A stretch of DNA of 64,000 nt from a virus (IMGVR_UViG_3300032030_000015:32001-96000); one strand, 5' to 3'. Counted from the first letter of the stretch, positions 10,126 to 20,038 are shown. Made by a program: numbers and translations. The notes: generated by a model not told the origin, from the letters alone.

Positions 10126-10647
10126 ATGGCATTAAGAGCTTATTTATCACAGAATGAGTCCAACGACAAGGTTGGCGTAGTAGGTAACTGGTATCTCCGC
10201 GCAGACAACATGCCGCCCATCGGACTGACCGACGTGGCGAAGCTGATCAAGGAGCACAACATCGGCGTCAGCGAGGGAACCATCATCGGCGTACTGACCG
10301 ACCTGGTGGACGTGGTGCGCACGCAGGTTCTGATGGGTCAGCCGGTGAAGATCGACGGCCTGGCCATCTTCAAGGCCAGCATCGAGAACAAGGGAGGCTG
10401 GGCCAACCTGAAGGACGTCTCGCTGCACATCGGCGGCGAGAACGACAACGTGCAGGCCATCCGACTGCTGGCCCAGGCCACTGGCGACTTCACCCGCGCC
10501 GAACTCTCGAAGGACGGCAAACTGGTGCTCGACCGCGCCAGCGCCAAACTGGTTAAGGATGCCGGCGGCACCGTTGACAGCGACGACAACGGCGGCGGCG
10601 ACAACGGCGGCGACACTGGCGGCGGCGACAACGGCGACAATGAGTAA
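10126..10647 (+). CDS. Bacteroidetes HU-like DNA-binding protein with G/D-rich tail
   Basis: VLMGQPVKIDGLAIFKASI; GGDN tail. Confidence 0.8.
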   Translation: MALRAYLSQNESNDKVGVVGNWYLRADNMPPIGLTDVAKLIKEHNIGVSEGTIIGVLTDLVDVVRTQVLMGQPVKIDGLAIFKASIENKGGWANLKDVSLHIGGENDNVQAIRLLAQATGDFTRAELSKDGKLVLDRASAKLVKDAGGTVDSDDNGGGDNGGDTGGGDNGDNE

Positions 10648-10723
10648 TCGACCTCTTCAGGAACTATCGCGGCAATGTAGTAGGTGGCGGACTACATCCT
10701 GAAGAGACAACAATCCAAAAACA

Positions 10724-10755
10724 GGAGGCTTATCACGGGGAGCCTCCGTTTTTTT
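10724..10755 (+). terminator. Intrinsic terminator
   Basis: GGAGGCT...AGCCTCC followed by a T tract. Confidence 0.7.
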
Positions 10756-10872
10756 ATATAATGTACGCATGAAAAAGGTTTGCAGAAAAACACTAAAAAA
10801 GAGTTAAAAAGTTTGGTAGTTTGCAGAAAAACACTTATCTTTGCACCCAGAAACAATAAAGAGCTACACAGT

Positions 10873-11394
10873 ATGGATAAGATTAAGGTATCACAGGACG
10901 AGTTAAGAACCTTCTTAGAGGGGAACTTCTTCATCCGCGCCGCCCTCGCCAAGAAGATGGGGGTGAGCGAGGGCATCGTGGGCAACTGCTTCACCCACAC
11001 GCTGAACCGCCACGGCAAGCCGCTGAGCTTCTCGAAGCGGAACATAGAGCTGATGAACACGGCGCTGCAGCAGATAGCCGAGGAACTGAGCATGTGCAAA
11101 CTGAAGTGCAGCAACGAAGAGGAAGCGGCCACCCGCCGTTTCATCAACGACGATCCCGCCATCCTCGAGGGCCTGCGCCGGATAAGTGAATACATCAAAC
11201 TGAGGGGCTTTACGGCGAAGGTGCTGGGGTGGGGCACCAGGAAGTGCGAGAGCAATATCAACCTGAAGCCGTCGGCTCCGCATGTACATATCACTAAGGA
11301 GGAGATAGGGCGCATCAACACCGAACTGATGGTGGTTGCCAGTACGCTGGCTGGCTGGGAGGTGGTGGCCGACAAGGATGGCGATAACGACTAA
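10873..11394 (+). CDS. HTH-type regulator
   Basis: AALAKKMGVSEGIVGNC helix-turn-helix; TATCTTTG promoter upstream (~10836). Confidence 0.65.
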   Translation: MDKIKVSQDELRTFLEGNFFIRAALAKKMGVSEGIVGNCFTHTLNRHGKPLSFSKRNIELMNTALQQIAEELSMCKLKCSNEEEAATRRFINDDPAILEGLRRISEYIKLRGFTAKVLGWGTRKCESNINLKPSAPHVHITKEEIGRINTELMVVASTLAGWEVVADKDGDND

Positions 11395-11885
11395 ATAAAA
11401 GTTTACACACTGGTGAGAACCTTTTAACAAATGAAATGTTAATGTTTAACACTTACGAATTTAACACTTTAACAAATTAAATGTTAATCAGCGGCAGAAA
11501 TTAACAATATATACTTTTATATATTCAAATAAATAATTAAGCAAGCGAGGTGCGGGATTCTTAAAAACCTCGTTTGTTTTTTATTTGCAACCAATTAAAA
11601 GCATAACATTACGCAATCATTTTCTTTTTTTTTGATTCATTCATGCGCGAAAGCCTGCGCCTCGCTGGCCGGCGGGTCGGGTGTGTGGTGCGTTCTGGGT
11701 GCTTGCATATATGCAAAGGAACACCCGAACATGATGCAGCACCCCGAACAGGTGTTGCACCTGTTGAACAGCAAAACACCCCGAAAAACACCCGAAAACA
11801 GGTGTTTTTTGTAAAAAAAGTGGAAAAGTTTAGTGAAAAACACAATTTTTTTGCGAAAATGTTTGGAGGTTTAGAGAAAAACACC

Positions 11886-11893
11886 TAAATTTG
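11886..11893 (+). promoter_or_regulatory. Bacteroidetes -7 promoter at the start of the early region
   Basis: TAAATTTG with TTTG at 11862-11865. Confidence 0.6.
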
Positions 11894-12213
11894 CACCGTG
11901 TTCCTGTTACAGGGACACAAAACAGAGTTCTTTAACACGGCAACAGCCACGAAAGTTTGATGTTCGTTTTCCTGTTTCAGGAACACCCCGAACACCGACA
12001 AAAACGGCAAAGTAATGAAACGTATCTAATATTTAGTAATGAAACACCGTTCTTTCGTACCTGAAACAATTTAATGCAGCACTTTCGTTGCCTGTTGAAA
12101 CGGCAACGTTGAAACAGGGTAATGGCAAGCCTGTTAAATGCAGAGTTCGAAAACATCAGGGAACACCCCTGAATAGATAACATTATTTTTTAACTCATTA
12201 AATCATTACAGTT

Positions 12214-12864
12214 ATGTTTACAGTAAATCAGTACAAAAACGAGAGTGTTAACAACATCAACTTCGAAAACAATGCAGTCGTTCTTCTGTTGCAGAATGTT
12301 GCAAGCAACGGCAACGTAACAATTAAGGTGTTACAGTTTACAGGTTGCAGCGACACAAAACCGACAACAATAGTTAAACACCTGTTGAAGTCGCTGTTAG
12401 CAGAGTTCAACGTTGCAGAAGATTTCAACGACCGTTACAGAATGTTCAAAACAGGTGTTACGGTTAACGGTGTAGAAGAAGAAGTTAGAACAGGAATTCA
12501 GGCAAAACGCAAGTTTTCCCCGTTCTTGAGAACATCAGTTATTTACAAAACTGATAGCAACGGCAAATTGACACACGCTGTTAAATGCGACAACGGTGTT
12601 TTGCTTTCTGATACAGCGTTAAACATCAGAAAAGAACAGTTAGTAACAATGTATGAATACAACAGCGCACAATTTAGAAGTGCACTGCATCATACGGCAA
12701 CGGCTGTTTTAGAACAGTGTTCTTTCTTCACTGCTGTTGAAACAGAGTTCAACAACATTGAAAACGGTTTGTTGAAGTTAGCAGAAGAAGAACAGCAACA
12801 GAAGAAGAACGAACTACAACAGCACGAACAGAAGAAGAACGACAAAAAGCAAAAAGTCGCTTAA
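12214..12864 (+). CDS. hypothetical protein with extreme oligonucleotide bias
   Basis: 216-aa ORF with AT-rich leader; first gene of the co-directional block. Confidence 0.7.
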   Translation: MFTVNQYKNESVNNINFENNAVVLLLQNVASNGNVTIKVLQFTGCSDTKPTTIVKHLLKSLLAEFNVAEDFNDRYRMFKTGVTVNGVEEEVRTGIQAKRKFSPFLRTSVIYKTDSNGKLTHAVKCDNGVLLSDTALNIRKEQLVTMYEYNSAQFRSALHHTATAVLEQCSFFTAVETEFNNIENGLLKLAEEEQQQKKNELQQHEQKKNDKKQKVA

Positions 12865-12870
12865 TTGTTG

Positions 12871-13345
12871 TTAGCACCCCGAACACCCCTGAAACGGTTT
12901 GAACGCTGTTTCAGGGGTGTTCCCTGTTTTTAGAGTTTTTCCCCGAACAGGGAACACCAAACAGGAACACCCCGAACACCATACAGGGGAACACCCCTGA
13001 ATGATGCATCAGGGAACACGAACAGCACCAAACAGGGGAACACCCCTGAATGATGCAGCACCCCGAACACCGAACACCCCTGAAACGGTTTGAACGCTGT
13101 TTCAGGGGTGTTCCCTGTTTTAGTCGTTTTTCCCCAAACAGGGAACACCGAACAGCACCCCGAACACCATACAGGGGAACACCCCTGAATGATGCATCAG
13201 GGAACACGAACAGCACCAAACAGGGGAACACCCCTGAATGATGCAGCACCCAAAACAGGAACACCCCGAACACCAAACAGGGGAACACCCCTGAATGATG
13301 CATCAGGGGAACACGAACACCAAACAGGGGAACACCCCTGAAACG
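12871..13345. repeat. Complex repeat block (CAGGGG-AACA-CCCCTG mini-hairpins, 15-bp IR hairpins, ~191-bp period)
   Basis: GAACACCCCTGAA at 12881, 12989, 13038, 13072, 13177, 13226, 13283, 13330 (and 12161); perfect IRs at 12881-12922 and 13072-13113. Confidence 0.9.
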
Positions 13346-13479
13346 GTGTTCTTTCGTTTTGAAAATTAGTAATTTGCGAAAAACGGTTTTCGGCTTGATA
13401 GGGGATACTATGCCCTATTGCGAACTATTCCGTTGGTCGAATTTATCAGAATACAACAACAAATTAACAGGAAAATAAA

Positions 13480-13758
13480 ATGAAAAATTCAAAGAAGTTG
13501 CAGTCGAAGTGGTACATGAACTATCTGCACACTTTCGACTATTATTGCCGCCTGCGTGAAACTGGCGTGCCTGCGCAGATCGCTTTTGCGCGTGTGAAGA
13601 ACTTTGCAAGACAACAACCTGAATTTTGTCAGGAATGCAAAGACTATCTAACGACGACCATGTTTATGATTATTCGTAGAAAGTTTGGTCGCCCGAACCG
13701 TGCGCCACAGTACATACAGGCGTACTATAAGCGTAAAGCAGACGTTATCGGTTGGTAA
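13480..13758 (+). CDS. hypothetical protein
   Basis: ATG after an A-rich leader, co-directional. Confidence 0.6.
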   Translation: MKNSKKLQSKWYMNYLHTFDYYCRLRETGVPAQIAFARVKNFARQQPEFCQECKDYLTTTMFMIIRRKFGRPNRAPQYIQAYYKRKADVIGW

Positions 13759-13893
13759 CGTCTGTTCTATCTCTGCAACGGTTTTTGCTATCATTGTGCG
13801 GAGCGTGCGCTCTGGCTTGATAGCAAGAACTGTGTCTAATCGGTTGCAGTTGCAACCATCGAACAAACAGTTAACAGCAAAAATTATATCTAT

Positions 13894-14748
13894 ATGACAA
13901 CAAAAAAATTCGATGAGTTTGTGATGTCTATTTGCAAGCCTCGTGGTATTGTGCCCAGTCGTGACGAGTGGGCACGTATGCACGAACTGCGCGCGCACCA
14001 TGTGTGCTTCGCTATCGTGCTGGCGCGTGTTCGGAAACACAGGTATGTCCAGATTGTGCCCGAACGCGAGGATCTTCACGGCTATGCCCGTATGCTCAGT
14101 GTCCAGCTGAGGATGGGGAATGCTGTGCTCTATTGTGGCTATTACAGGCCGGAGACTGTAACCTATGAGGAGGAGGACTTTTCTCCTAAAAAGCGTTGGA
14201 TGGTGTGGAGTTGGTTCTATGAGCAGAACCCAAAGGTCATGCGTGCGCTATCACTGGCGCGTGAACGTGCGGAGCTGGCTAACCCTGCGCTTGTGGACTA
14301 TGAGACCTATACGCGCAAGGACGGGAGTACGGGCGAGAGGGTGATACACCATACTACGCTGAACAGCTATTGGGATGCAGCGGGTGTCATCGCTGACAAG
14401 AAACGTGCGTTCTCGGATGCTGCTACGGAGTTCGGAGTGTGTCCGGACAAACGGACTATCGAGGACATGCAGGAGCGCGTGCGCATCTGCTCGCTGGCTT
14501 CATGGGGTGACGACTATCAGGCCATCGTGCCGGAGAGCAAGCGCCCGAAGCGTGCGCTATTGAGCGTGTGCGAGCCCTACGAGCGCAAGCCCGAAGTGTG
14601 GAGTGCGCCTATCCCCAGGGACAGGTATGCGCCTACGGACTACGAAGCACCGAAAGCGGAAAATCCCTATCGCCGTCGCTGCCCAAACCATGGGTTCCAG
14701 CGCACGGATCATGCGAACCGCGTGATGAACTGGATGGTTGCATTCTGA
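13894..14748 (+). CDS. hypothetical protein
   Basis: 284-aa ORF with codon bias. Confidence 0.75.
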   Translation: MTTKKFDEFVMSICKPRGIVPSRDEWARMHELRAHHVCFAIVLARVRKHRYVQIVPEREDLHGYARMLSVQLRMGNAVLYCGYYRPETVTYEEEDFSPKKRWMVWSWFYEQNPKVMRALSLARERAELANPALVDYETYTRKDGSTGERVIHHTTLNSYWDAAGVIADKKRAFSDAATEFGVCPDKRTIEDMQERVRICSLASWGDDYQAIVPESKRPKRALLSVCEPYERKPEVWSAPIPRDRYAPTDYEAPKAENPYRRRCPNHGFQRTDHANRVMNWMVAF

Positions 14749-14852
14749 CGGATCCTATCTGCCGTTTGGTGGATGACAGGATAACTGTGCCCTGTCGGCT
14801 TGATAGTCGGCAGGGCTTACTATAAACTATCAATTCACAAAAATTATTGCCT

Positions 14853-15071
14853 ATGGGAAAGGATAATGTATGTCTGAGACAGCCACAAAAGTGTCTCACT
14901 GTAGCGTTTCGCAGTCACTATCAGGAGATGCGTGACAATGCGGAGATGACGTACACGCGGCGACAACTGCGTGAACTGCTATACGCTTTCGCCCGCCCGC
15001 TCGTGCCCCTATGGGACGAGAAGGAGCTGTACGAGAGCGTCGACGAGTTTCTGGACGGGATGGAGCAATAG
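14853..15071 (+). CDS. hypothetical protein
   Basis: Short co-directional ORF. Confidence 0.5.
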   Translation: MGKDNVCLRQPQKCLTVAFRSHYQEMRDNAEMTYTRRQLRELLYAFARPLVPLWDEKELYESVDEFLDGMEQ

Positions 15072-15146
15072 CTCTGTCCTGTCCTGCGCTCTGACTATCC
15101 GACGGGATAACTATGCCCGGACTATCGCAGAAAAATCGAAAGAAAA

Positions 15147-15416
15147 ATGCAAAAAAATACTATCAACTTTCAGGGTGTGGACTATCCTGTGCGCACCCTC
15201 GACATACGCGGCATCCACTCGTATGAAGACGAGTGCTATGCCGGCGTAAAGGTAGCCGACACGTCGCTATTGCTGGCTCTTGGCAGCGACGACTGTTCCG
15301 ACTGGAGCAAGGAAGCAACGGCTATCGACGAACAAATATTCTTCTACTTCTCGCCCGGACAGCTCGCAAAGTGTTCGGACAAAGAGCTTATCGAGGAGCT
15401 GGAAGTGTGTCTATAA
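15147..15416 (+). CDS. acidic hypothetical protein
   Basis: ORF with A-rich leader. Confidence 0.7.
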   Translation: MQKNTINFQGVDYPVRTLDIRGIHSYEDECYAGVKVADTSLLLALGSDDCSDWSKEATAIDEQIFFYFSPGQLAKCSDKELIEELEVCL

Positions 15417-15447
15417 ACAAAACTAAAAAAATTCGGAGGACAAACGT

Positions 15448-15801
15448 ATGAAGACTTTTCTGAAAATGATTGTGGCCGCTATCGTGGCCGTAGGTATGGC
15501 GTGTGTGGCTATTGCCAACGACGCAAGTGATAACGTGGTTATCGTGACCCTGTTTGCGACGGGTATCGCCGTGAGTGCGCTGCTGGGCGTGTACGACATG
15601 CCCGCTGAGCGCACGAAGCACGACTCTATCCGCCCCCAGCGGCGAGACTACGGCCAGGCGGCTGTATTCGTGGGCACGGCGTGCTTGCTTATCGGCACAC
15701 CGCAGGAGTGCGACGACATCGCGGACGACCTGTGGCACCACGGCCAGCAGGCCCGCGTGGAGCGGCTGACGGGCGAGGAGACACAGTTCGACGTGATGTA
15801 A
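15448..15801 (+). CDS. membrane protein
   Basis: Two N-terminal hydrophobic segments. Confidence 0.7.
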   Translation: MKTFLKMIVAAIVAVGMACVAIANDASDNVVIVTLFATGIAVSALLGVYDMPAERTKHDSIRPQRRDYGQAAVFVGTACLLIGTPQECDDIADDLWHHGQQARVERLTGEETQFDVM

Positions 15802-15833
15802 GCGACTATTCGGGTCGGTCTATCGGGCAGAAT

Positions 15834-15896
15834 GCTGCGATTAAGCGAGGGCAGAGTGATGCTTGCATCGACTATGCTGAGCGTGAGCAGGCTCGA
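15834..15896 (+). repeat. 63-bp dispersed repeat, copy 3
   Basis: Full-length match to the family. Confidence 0.85.
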
Positions 15897-15957
15897 AACG
15901 CAGTTTCAAATTTACTGAAAATTATACTGAAAATTAAACATCAAAATCAAAACAACT

Positions 15958-16155
15958 ATGGCAACAAAGAGTATGGCAAGCACCGCCAAGAAGAGTGCAA
16001 AGATCGTGAGCATGGCAGCAGCAATGGCTGCAAGTATGGGACTATCGGGCGACGACGTGAGGGCAGCCGAGTGCGCCTTCGCCGACATGGCAGCCGAGTA
16101 CGGCCAGCACGCCGTCATCGTGAGCATGAACCCCTTCGGCGGGCTTATCGCGTAA
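15958..16155 (+). CDS. hypothetical protein
   Basis: caactATG leader. Confidence 0.6.
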   Translation: MATKSMASTAKKSAKIVSMAAAMAASMGLSGDDVRAAECAFADMAAEYGQHAVIVSMNPFGGLIA

Positions 16156-16172
16156 AGTAGGGAGGACTGACT

Positions 16173-16436
16173 ATGGCAAAGTTTGATATGGGCGGATTCA
16201 TCCGCGAGTGCTATCTGCGCTCGGAGCCGAGCGTGGACCTGGACGAGGTGACAAGCGACAACCCTATCAGTTGCAGCGACCATCGGCTGAGTGTGGAGAA
16301 CTATCACGCTATCTGCGTGGACTATGGGCTTGAGGACAAGGACGGCAATACGCTTGACCACGACCGCCTCTGTGGGTGTAACATGTGGATGCTGCAGAGC
16401 GGTCCGCAACTGTATGACAACAATAAAGCAGCATGA
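16173..16436 (+). CDS. hypothetical protein
   Basis: gactATG leader; ends NKAA. Confidence 0.7.
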   Translation: MAKFDMGGFIRECYLRSEPSVDLDEVTSDNPISCSDHRLSVENYHAICVDYGLEDKDGNTLDHDRLCGCNMWMLQSGPQLYDNNKAA

Positions 16437-16666
16437 CTATGGAACAGCCGATAAACGTGGACGATATGTCCATCAGGCAGATTAACGCCTATTTCCGCAG
16501 GAACGACGACAGCCGCCTGTGGCCTATCTGCGGCCGCTTCAATGCGACCGAGCGAGCTATCCGCCGCATCCGCCGTGCCCGTAGGCAGGGGATGTGCGTG
16601 AGCCCTGGACTTGAGTACTATCTGACTCTCGAAAACGAGATAACTGAAATCGTAAATGCAGCGTAA
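16433..16666 (+). CDS. hypothetical protein
   Basis: Overlapping start; ends VNAA. Confidence 0.7.
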   Translation: MTMEQPINVDDMSIRQINAYFRRNDDSRLWPICGRFNATERAIRRIRRARRQGMCVSPGLEYYLTLENEITEIVNAA

Positions 16667-16687
16667 AAACAAAAATCAGAAACAATT

Positions 16688-16810
16688 ATGGCAAAGGCTA
16701 TCAACATCAACAAGACTCGCAAGGCACTGGCCTATGCGTACAACGTGAGTATCAACGAGAGTATCGAAACCCCGATAGGTCAGATGCTGGCCTATCGCAA
16801 AGCAGCATGA
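16688..16810 (+). CDS. 40-aa protein (not in the ORF track)
   Basis: MAKAININKTRKALAYAYNVSINESIETPIGQMLAYRKAA fills the gap in the operon. Confidence 0.6.
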   Translation: MAKAININKTRKALAYAYNVSINESIETPIGQMLAYRKAA

Positions 16811-16813
16811 GGT

Positions 16814-17155
16814 ATGGCTAAGATTATCAGCCTGAAGGAGATTATGCGGGCGGTGAACGACGGCAAGCGCTACGTACACCGCTACATCGTGAAGACGAAG
16901 GGCGGCATGTTCGTGGGGCTGTTCGACTATGGCCGCACGTATAAGGCAGCCGAGCATCCGTGTGTGCTGGACTGTGACGCCAGGACGGCGCGGACGCTGG
17001 CCGAGACGTTCAGCGGGCGGGCCTATATGTTGGAGTGCGACACGGCGGACGCCCGACCATGGCGACTGCTGGCCGACTGCGGCCGCTTCTGGCAGCAGAC
17101 AGGCAATAACTACTTCTATCAGCAGAGGTGTATCAATCAACTTAAAGCAGCGTGA
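16814..17155 (+). CDS. hypothetical protein
   Basis: Operonic; ends LKAA. Confidence 0.7.
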   Translation: MAKIISLKEIMRAVNDGKRYVHRYIVKTKGGMFVGLFDYGRTYKAAEHPCVLDCDARTARTLAETFSGRAYMLECDTADARPWRLLADCGRFWQQTGNNYFYQQRCINQLKAA

Positions 17156-17159
17156 GACT

Positions 17160-17432
17160 ATGGCAAAGAAATTCTGGGAGCGCGAGGAGTTCAGCATTGA
17201 GCAATTCGCAAGGATATTCAGGGAGGTGTACGACGTGTACTATAACGCTCCCTACGAGCAGACTACCGAGGGCGAGCGATGGCGTGAGGGCGACCGGCTG
17301 ATGCAGGACCCCGACAACGTGCCGCTGCTGAAGGCCTATGTGGACTATTGCGGTGACATCTTTACCAGCGACCGCGAACTGGCGGCCTTCGCCCTGACCT
17401 ACGGGGTGTATCAACAAGTGTATAACAAGTAA
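17160..17432 (+). CDS. hypothetical protein
   Basis: gagactATG start at 17160. Confidence 0.7.
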   Translation: MAKKFWEREEFSIEQFARIFREVYDVYYNAPYEQTTEGERWREGDRLMQDPDNVPLLKAYVDYCGDIFTSDRELAAFALTYGVYQQVYNK

Positions 17433-17445
17433 AACAAGTGAGACT

Positions 17446-18375
17446 ATGAGCAATCCGAGAGTTTATGTGGGCACCTACGGCAAGTACAACCGAGGGTCGC
17501 TGAAGGGCGGCTGGGTGAGCCTATTGGAGTGCAAGAACCACGGGGACTTCCTGCGCAAGTGCAAGGCGTTACACCGTGGGGAGCGCGACCCAGAGTATAT
17601 GATTCAGGACGTGGAGGACTTCCCCGACGGGCTGGAGTGTGGCGAGTGGCTGAGCGAGGAGGACTTCAACGACGTTATCGCGGCCTGCCGTGAGGAGCAG
17701 CAGGAGGAGCAGGGCGCGTCGCTGGAGGACAGGCTGAGGGTTGCGCTACTGATGCAGCTGGGCGGGCGGAAGGCACCCGTCAGCAAGGCTATCGACAACG
17801 ATAAGGCGCTGCTGGAGGAGTATATGCAGGAGTATGCGAAGGTGTGGCCTAACGACAAGGGGATGCTGGACTACTGCCGCAAGAAGTTCTCGTCGGCTAT
17901 CCGGCTGCAGAACGGGGGCATCCTCTACTTCGAGAAGCCGAGCATCGACCATGAGTTCTGCTTCCACGACGAGGGGCCTGACTATGACTACTACCGCCAC
18001 CTGATGGCCGACAAGGAGAAGCGGCTGGCGCAGTATTTCCTGGACCGCAACCTGAGCGGGTTTGACGAGGACATCGAGCGGCTGAAGTCGCTGACGAAGG
18101 ACTGCCGCACGCTGTACATCCAGCGCCAGAGCTATACGGGCGAGACGGAGCGGCTGAACCTGTGGAAGTGGTACTCGTGGAGCGAGTATGACGTGGAGAA
18201 CGAGCCCTACCGCTATACGCCGGGCACCTACGAGAAGATGACCGACCGCGACCGCAAGGCTATACTACAGGCCGTGAAGCACGAGCGCGAGAAGTTCGAG
18301 AAGCGGCTGCAGACCTACCTGAAGCGCTATGGCGTGAGCAAGATACGGACGTGGACGTATTGGGCGGACGCGTGA
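17446..18375 (+). CDS. ardA: ArdA antirestriction N-terminal domain fused to an unrelated C-terminal domain
   Basis: PRVYVGTYGKYNRGSLKGGWV...LH.GERDPEYMIQDVEDFP matches the ArdA N-terminus. Confidence 0.75.
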   Translation: MSNPRVYVGTYGKYNRGSLKGGWVSLLECKNHGDFLRKCKALHRGERDPEYMIQDVEDFPDGLECGEWLSEEDFNDVIAACREEQQEEQGASLEDRLRVALLMQLGGRKAPVSKAIDNDKALLEEYMQEYAKVWPNDKGMLDYCRKKFSSAIRLQNGGILYFEKPSIDHEFCFHDEGPDYDYYRHLMADKEKRLAQYFLDRNLSGFDEDIERLKSLTKDCRTLYIQRQSYTGETERLNLWKWYSWSEYDVENEPYRYTPGTYEKMTDRDRKAILQAVKHEREKFEKRLQTYLKRYGVSKIRTWTYWADA

Positions 18376-18405
18376 TGAGAAGTGAAAAATTAAAATTGCA
18401 AGACT

Positions 18406-19944
18406 ATGGCAAAGAAAATCGACCATCTCACCCTAATGGTGGGAGTGAGTTCCTATGAGCACAATGGATGTAAGTATGACGCGCTGCTGATTATCGTGGC
18501 CTACTACAAGGGACGCGGATTCGTGGCAACCTATCAGCCCGTGAAGATGCACGACTACGGCTACCAGACGGGACCCATGCCGAGCGACGACCCGCTGGAG
18601 AAGGCTACGGGATTCGTGGTGAAGGAGGCTACGAAGAACAATGTGAAGACGCTGGAGCAGATGCGCACCAACCTGGAGACGGCACGCGAGGGCATCGCCT
18701 TCTACTTCGACCGCCGCGACTGGCAGAAGCTAAAGGACCTGATGGGCGACGCGGCCAACTACGGCTATACGGCCGACATCGAGAGCAGGGTGCAACTCGA
18801 CATCCGAGTATATAACAACAACAAATCATCAAACAATTCAAACAATACAACTATGGCAAAGAATGTGAACGCCCAGGAGTATGTGGGCAAGGTGTTAGTA
18901 TTGAGCGACGGCAAGTCGAAGTATGTAATCAAGTCAGTGGACGGCGACAAGCTGGCGGCAGAGTTCAGCCGTGGCGAGGGCGCAGCGGCTAACGTGAGCC
19001 TGACCGTGGCGCAGGTGGAGTCGATGGTCAGCGCAGGCAAGGCGCAGTGGGAGACGATGACCAAGGTGGGCGAGTACACCGTGAAGGACGACAACGGCAA
19101 CAACGTGACGTTCGAGAGCGTCGCGCCTAACGTCGGCTACGAGGAGGTGGAGGAAGTATCGGCTATCACTCCGACTAAGCCGGTGGCACAGACTATCGAC
19201 ATGAAGCCCAAGGAGGAGAAGCGCCCGACGGGCCGCGACAGGTTCGTGGTGGCACGTGTGCCACATCCGGGCGAGAGCGGCGACGGTCCTAAGCCTACCA
19301 CACCTACCAAGCCTACCAAGACGACGCTGACCGAGGTGCGGCTGGTGGTCTATACGACGGCCCGCACGCAGCAGCAGGCTCCGCGTATCGAGGGCTTCGC
19401 CGGTGAGGACGACCCCCGCTGGAAGAAGCACTATGACGAGAAGCAGCGACTGAAGGACCTGAAGGCCGACGCCGAGAAGAAGAACGACCGTCTGCGCAAG
19501 GCTATGAAGGGCAAGACGAAGGCCGAGAAGGAGGCTATGATGGCGCAGTGGGTGGTGGTGCCTAACGACCCCTTCAACGCCAGCTATTTCACCGACCGCA
19601 CCACGGGCGAGAAGACCTACTCGCTGGTGATGGGTGCCAAGTATCTGGACGTGGCCCAGCAGCTGGTGGATGCCTACAACACCGACGACCGCGAGGCATG
19701 GGCCAGGGCTGAGCAGGCCGTGGCGGAGGTGAAGAGCAGCGTAGTGGCCGAGGCAGTGGCAGAACGCCAGGCCAAGCGTGAGGAGCGCCGGGCCAAGCGC
19801 GAGGCAGAGAAGGGCAAGACTGAGCAGCCGACACCTGCCGCCACCGTGCAAGGCTACACCGACAAGGACGTGGCCGACATGCTGAAGCGCATCATGGCGG
19901 GCGAGGCCATCCCCGAGAACATCAAACTGGCTATGGCGGCTTGA
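18406..19944 (+). CDS. hypothetical protein (probable two-gene fusion; internal start at 18853)
   Basis: 512-aa ORF with an intergenic-like linker NNNKSSNNSNNTTM. Confidence 0.75.
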   Translation: MAKKIDHLTLMVGVSSYEHNGCKYDALLIIVAYYKGRGFVATYQPVKMHDYGYQTGPMPSDDPLEKATGFVVKEATKNNVKTLEQMRTNLETAREGIAFYFDRRDWQKLKDLMGDAANYGYTADIESRVQLDIRVYNNNKSSNNSNNTTMAKNVNAQEYVGKVLVLSDGKSKYVIKSVDGDKLAAEFSRGEGAAANVSLTVAQVESMVSAGKAQWETMTKVGEYTVKDDNGNNVTFESVAPNVGYEEVEEVSAITPTKPVAQTIDMKPKEEKRPTGRDRFVVARVPHPGESGDGPKPTTPTKPTKTTLTEVRLVVYTTARTQQQAPRIEGFAGEDDPRWKKHYDEKQRLKDLKADAEKKNDRLRKAMKGKTKAEKEAMMAQWVVVPNDPFNASYFTDRTTGEKTYSLVMGAKYLDVAQQLVDAYNTDDREAWARAEQAVAEVKSSVVAEAVAERQAKREERRAKREAEKGKTEQPTPAATVQGYTDKDVADMLKRIMAGEAIPENIKLAMAA

Positions 19945-20038
19945 TGCTTCGCAAGTGAAGAATGAGGGGTCGTCGCCTGACGGCTCCTCAAAATTATCCG
20001 AAAATTATTCTGAAAATTATTCAAAAATCAAAACGATT

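Noticed and set aside
12871-13345. CRISPR-like array, and the ORFs predicted across it
   Set aside because: The intervening sequences are themselves repeats, not unique spacers. The ORFs are translations of repeats.
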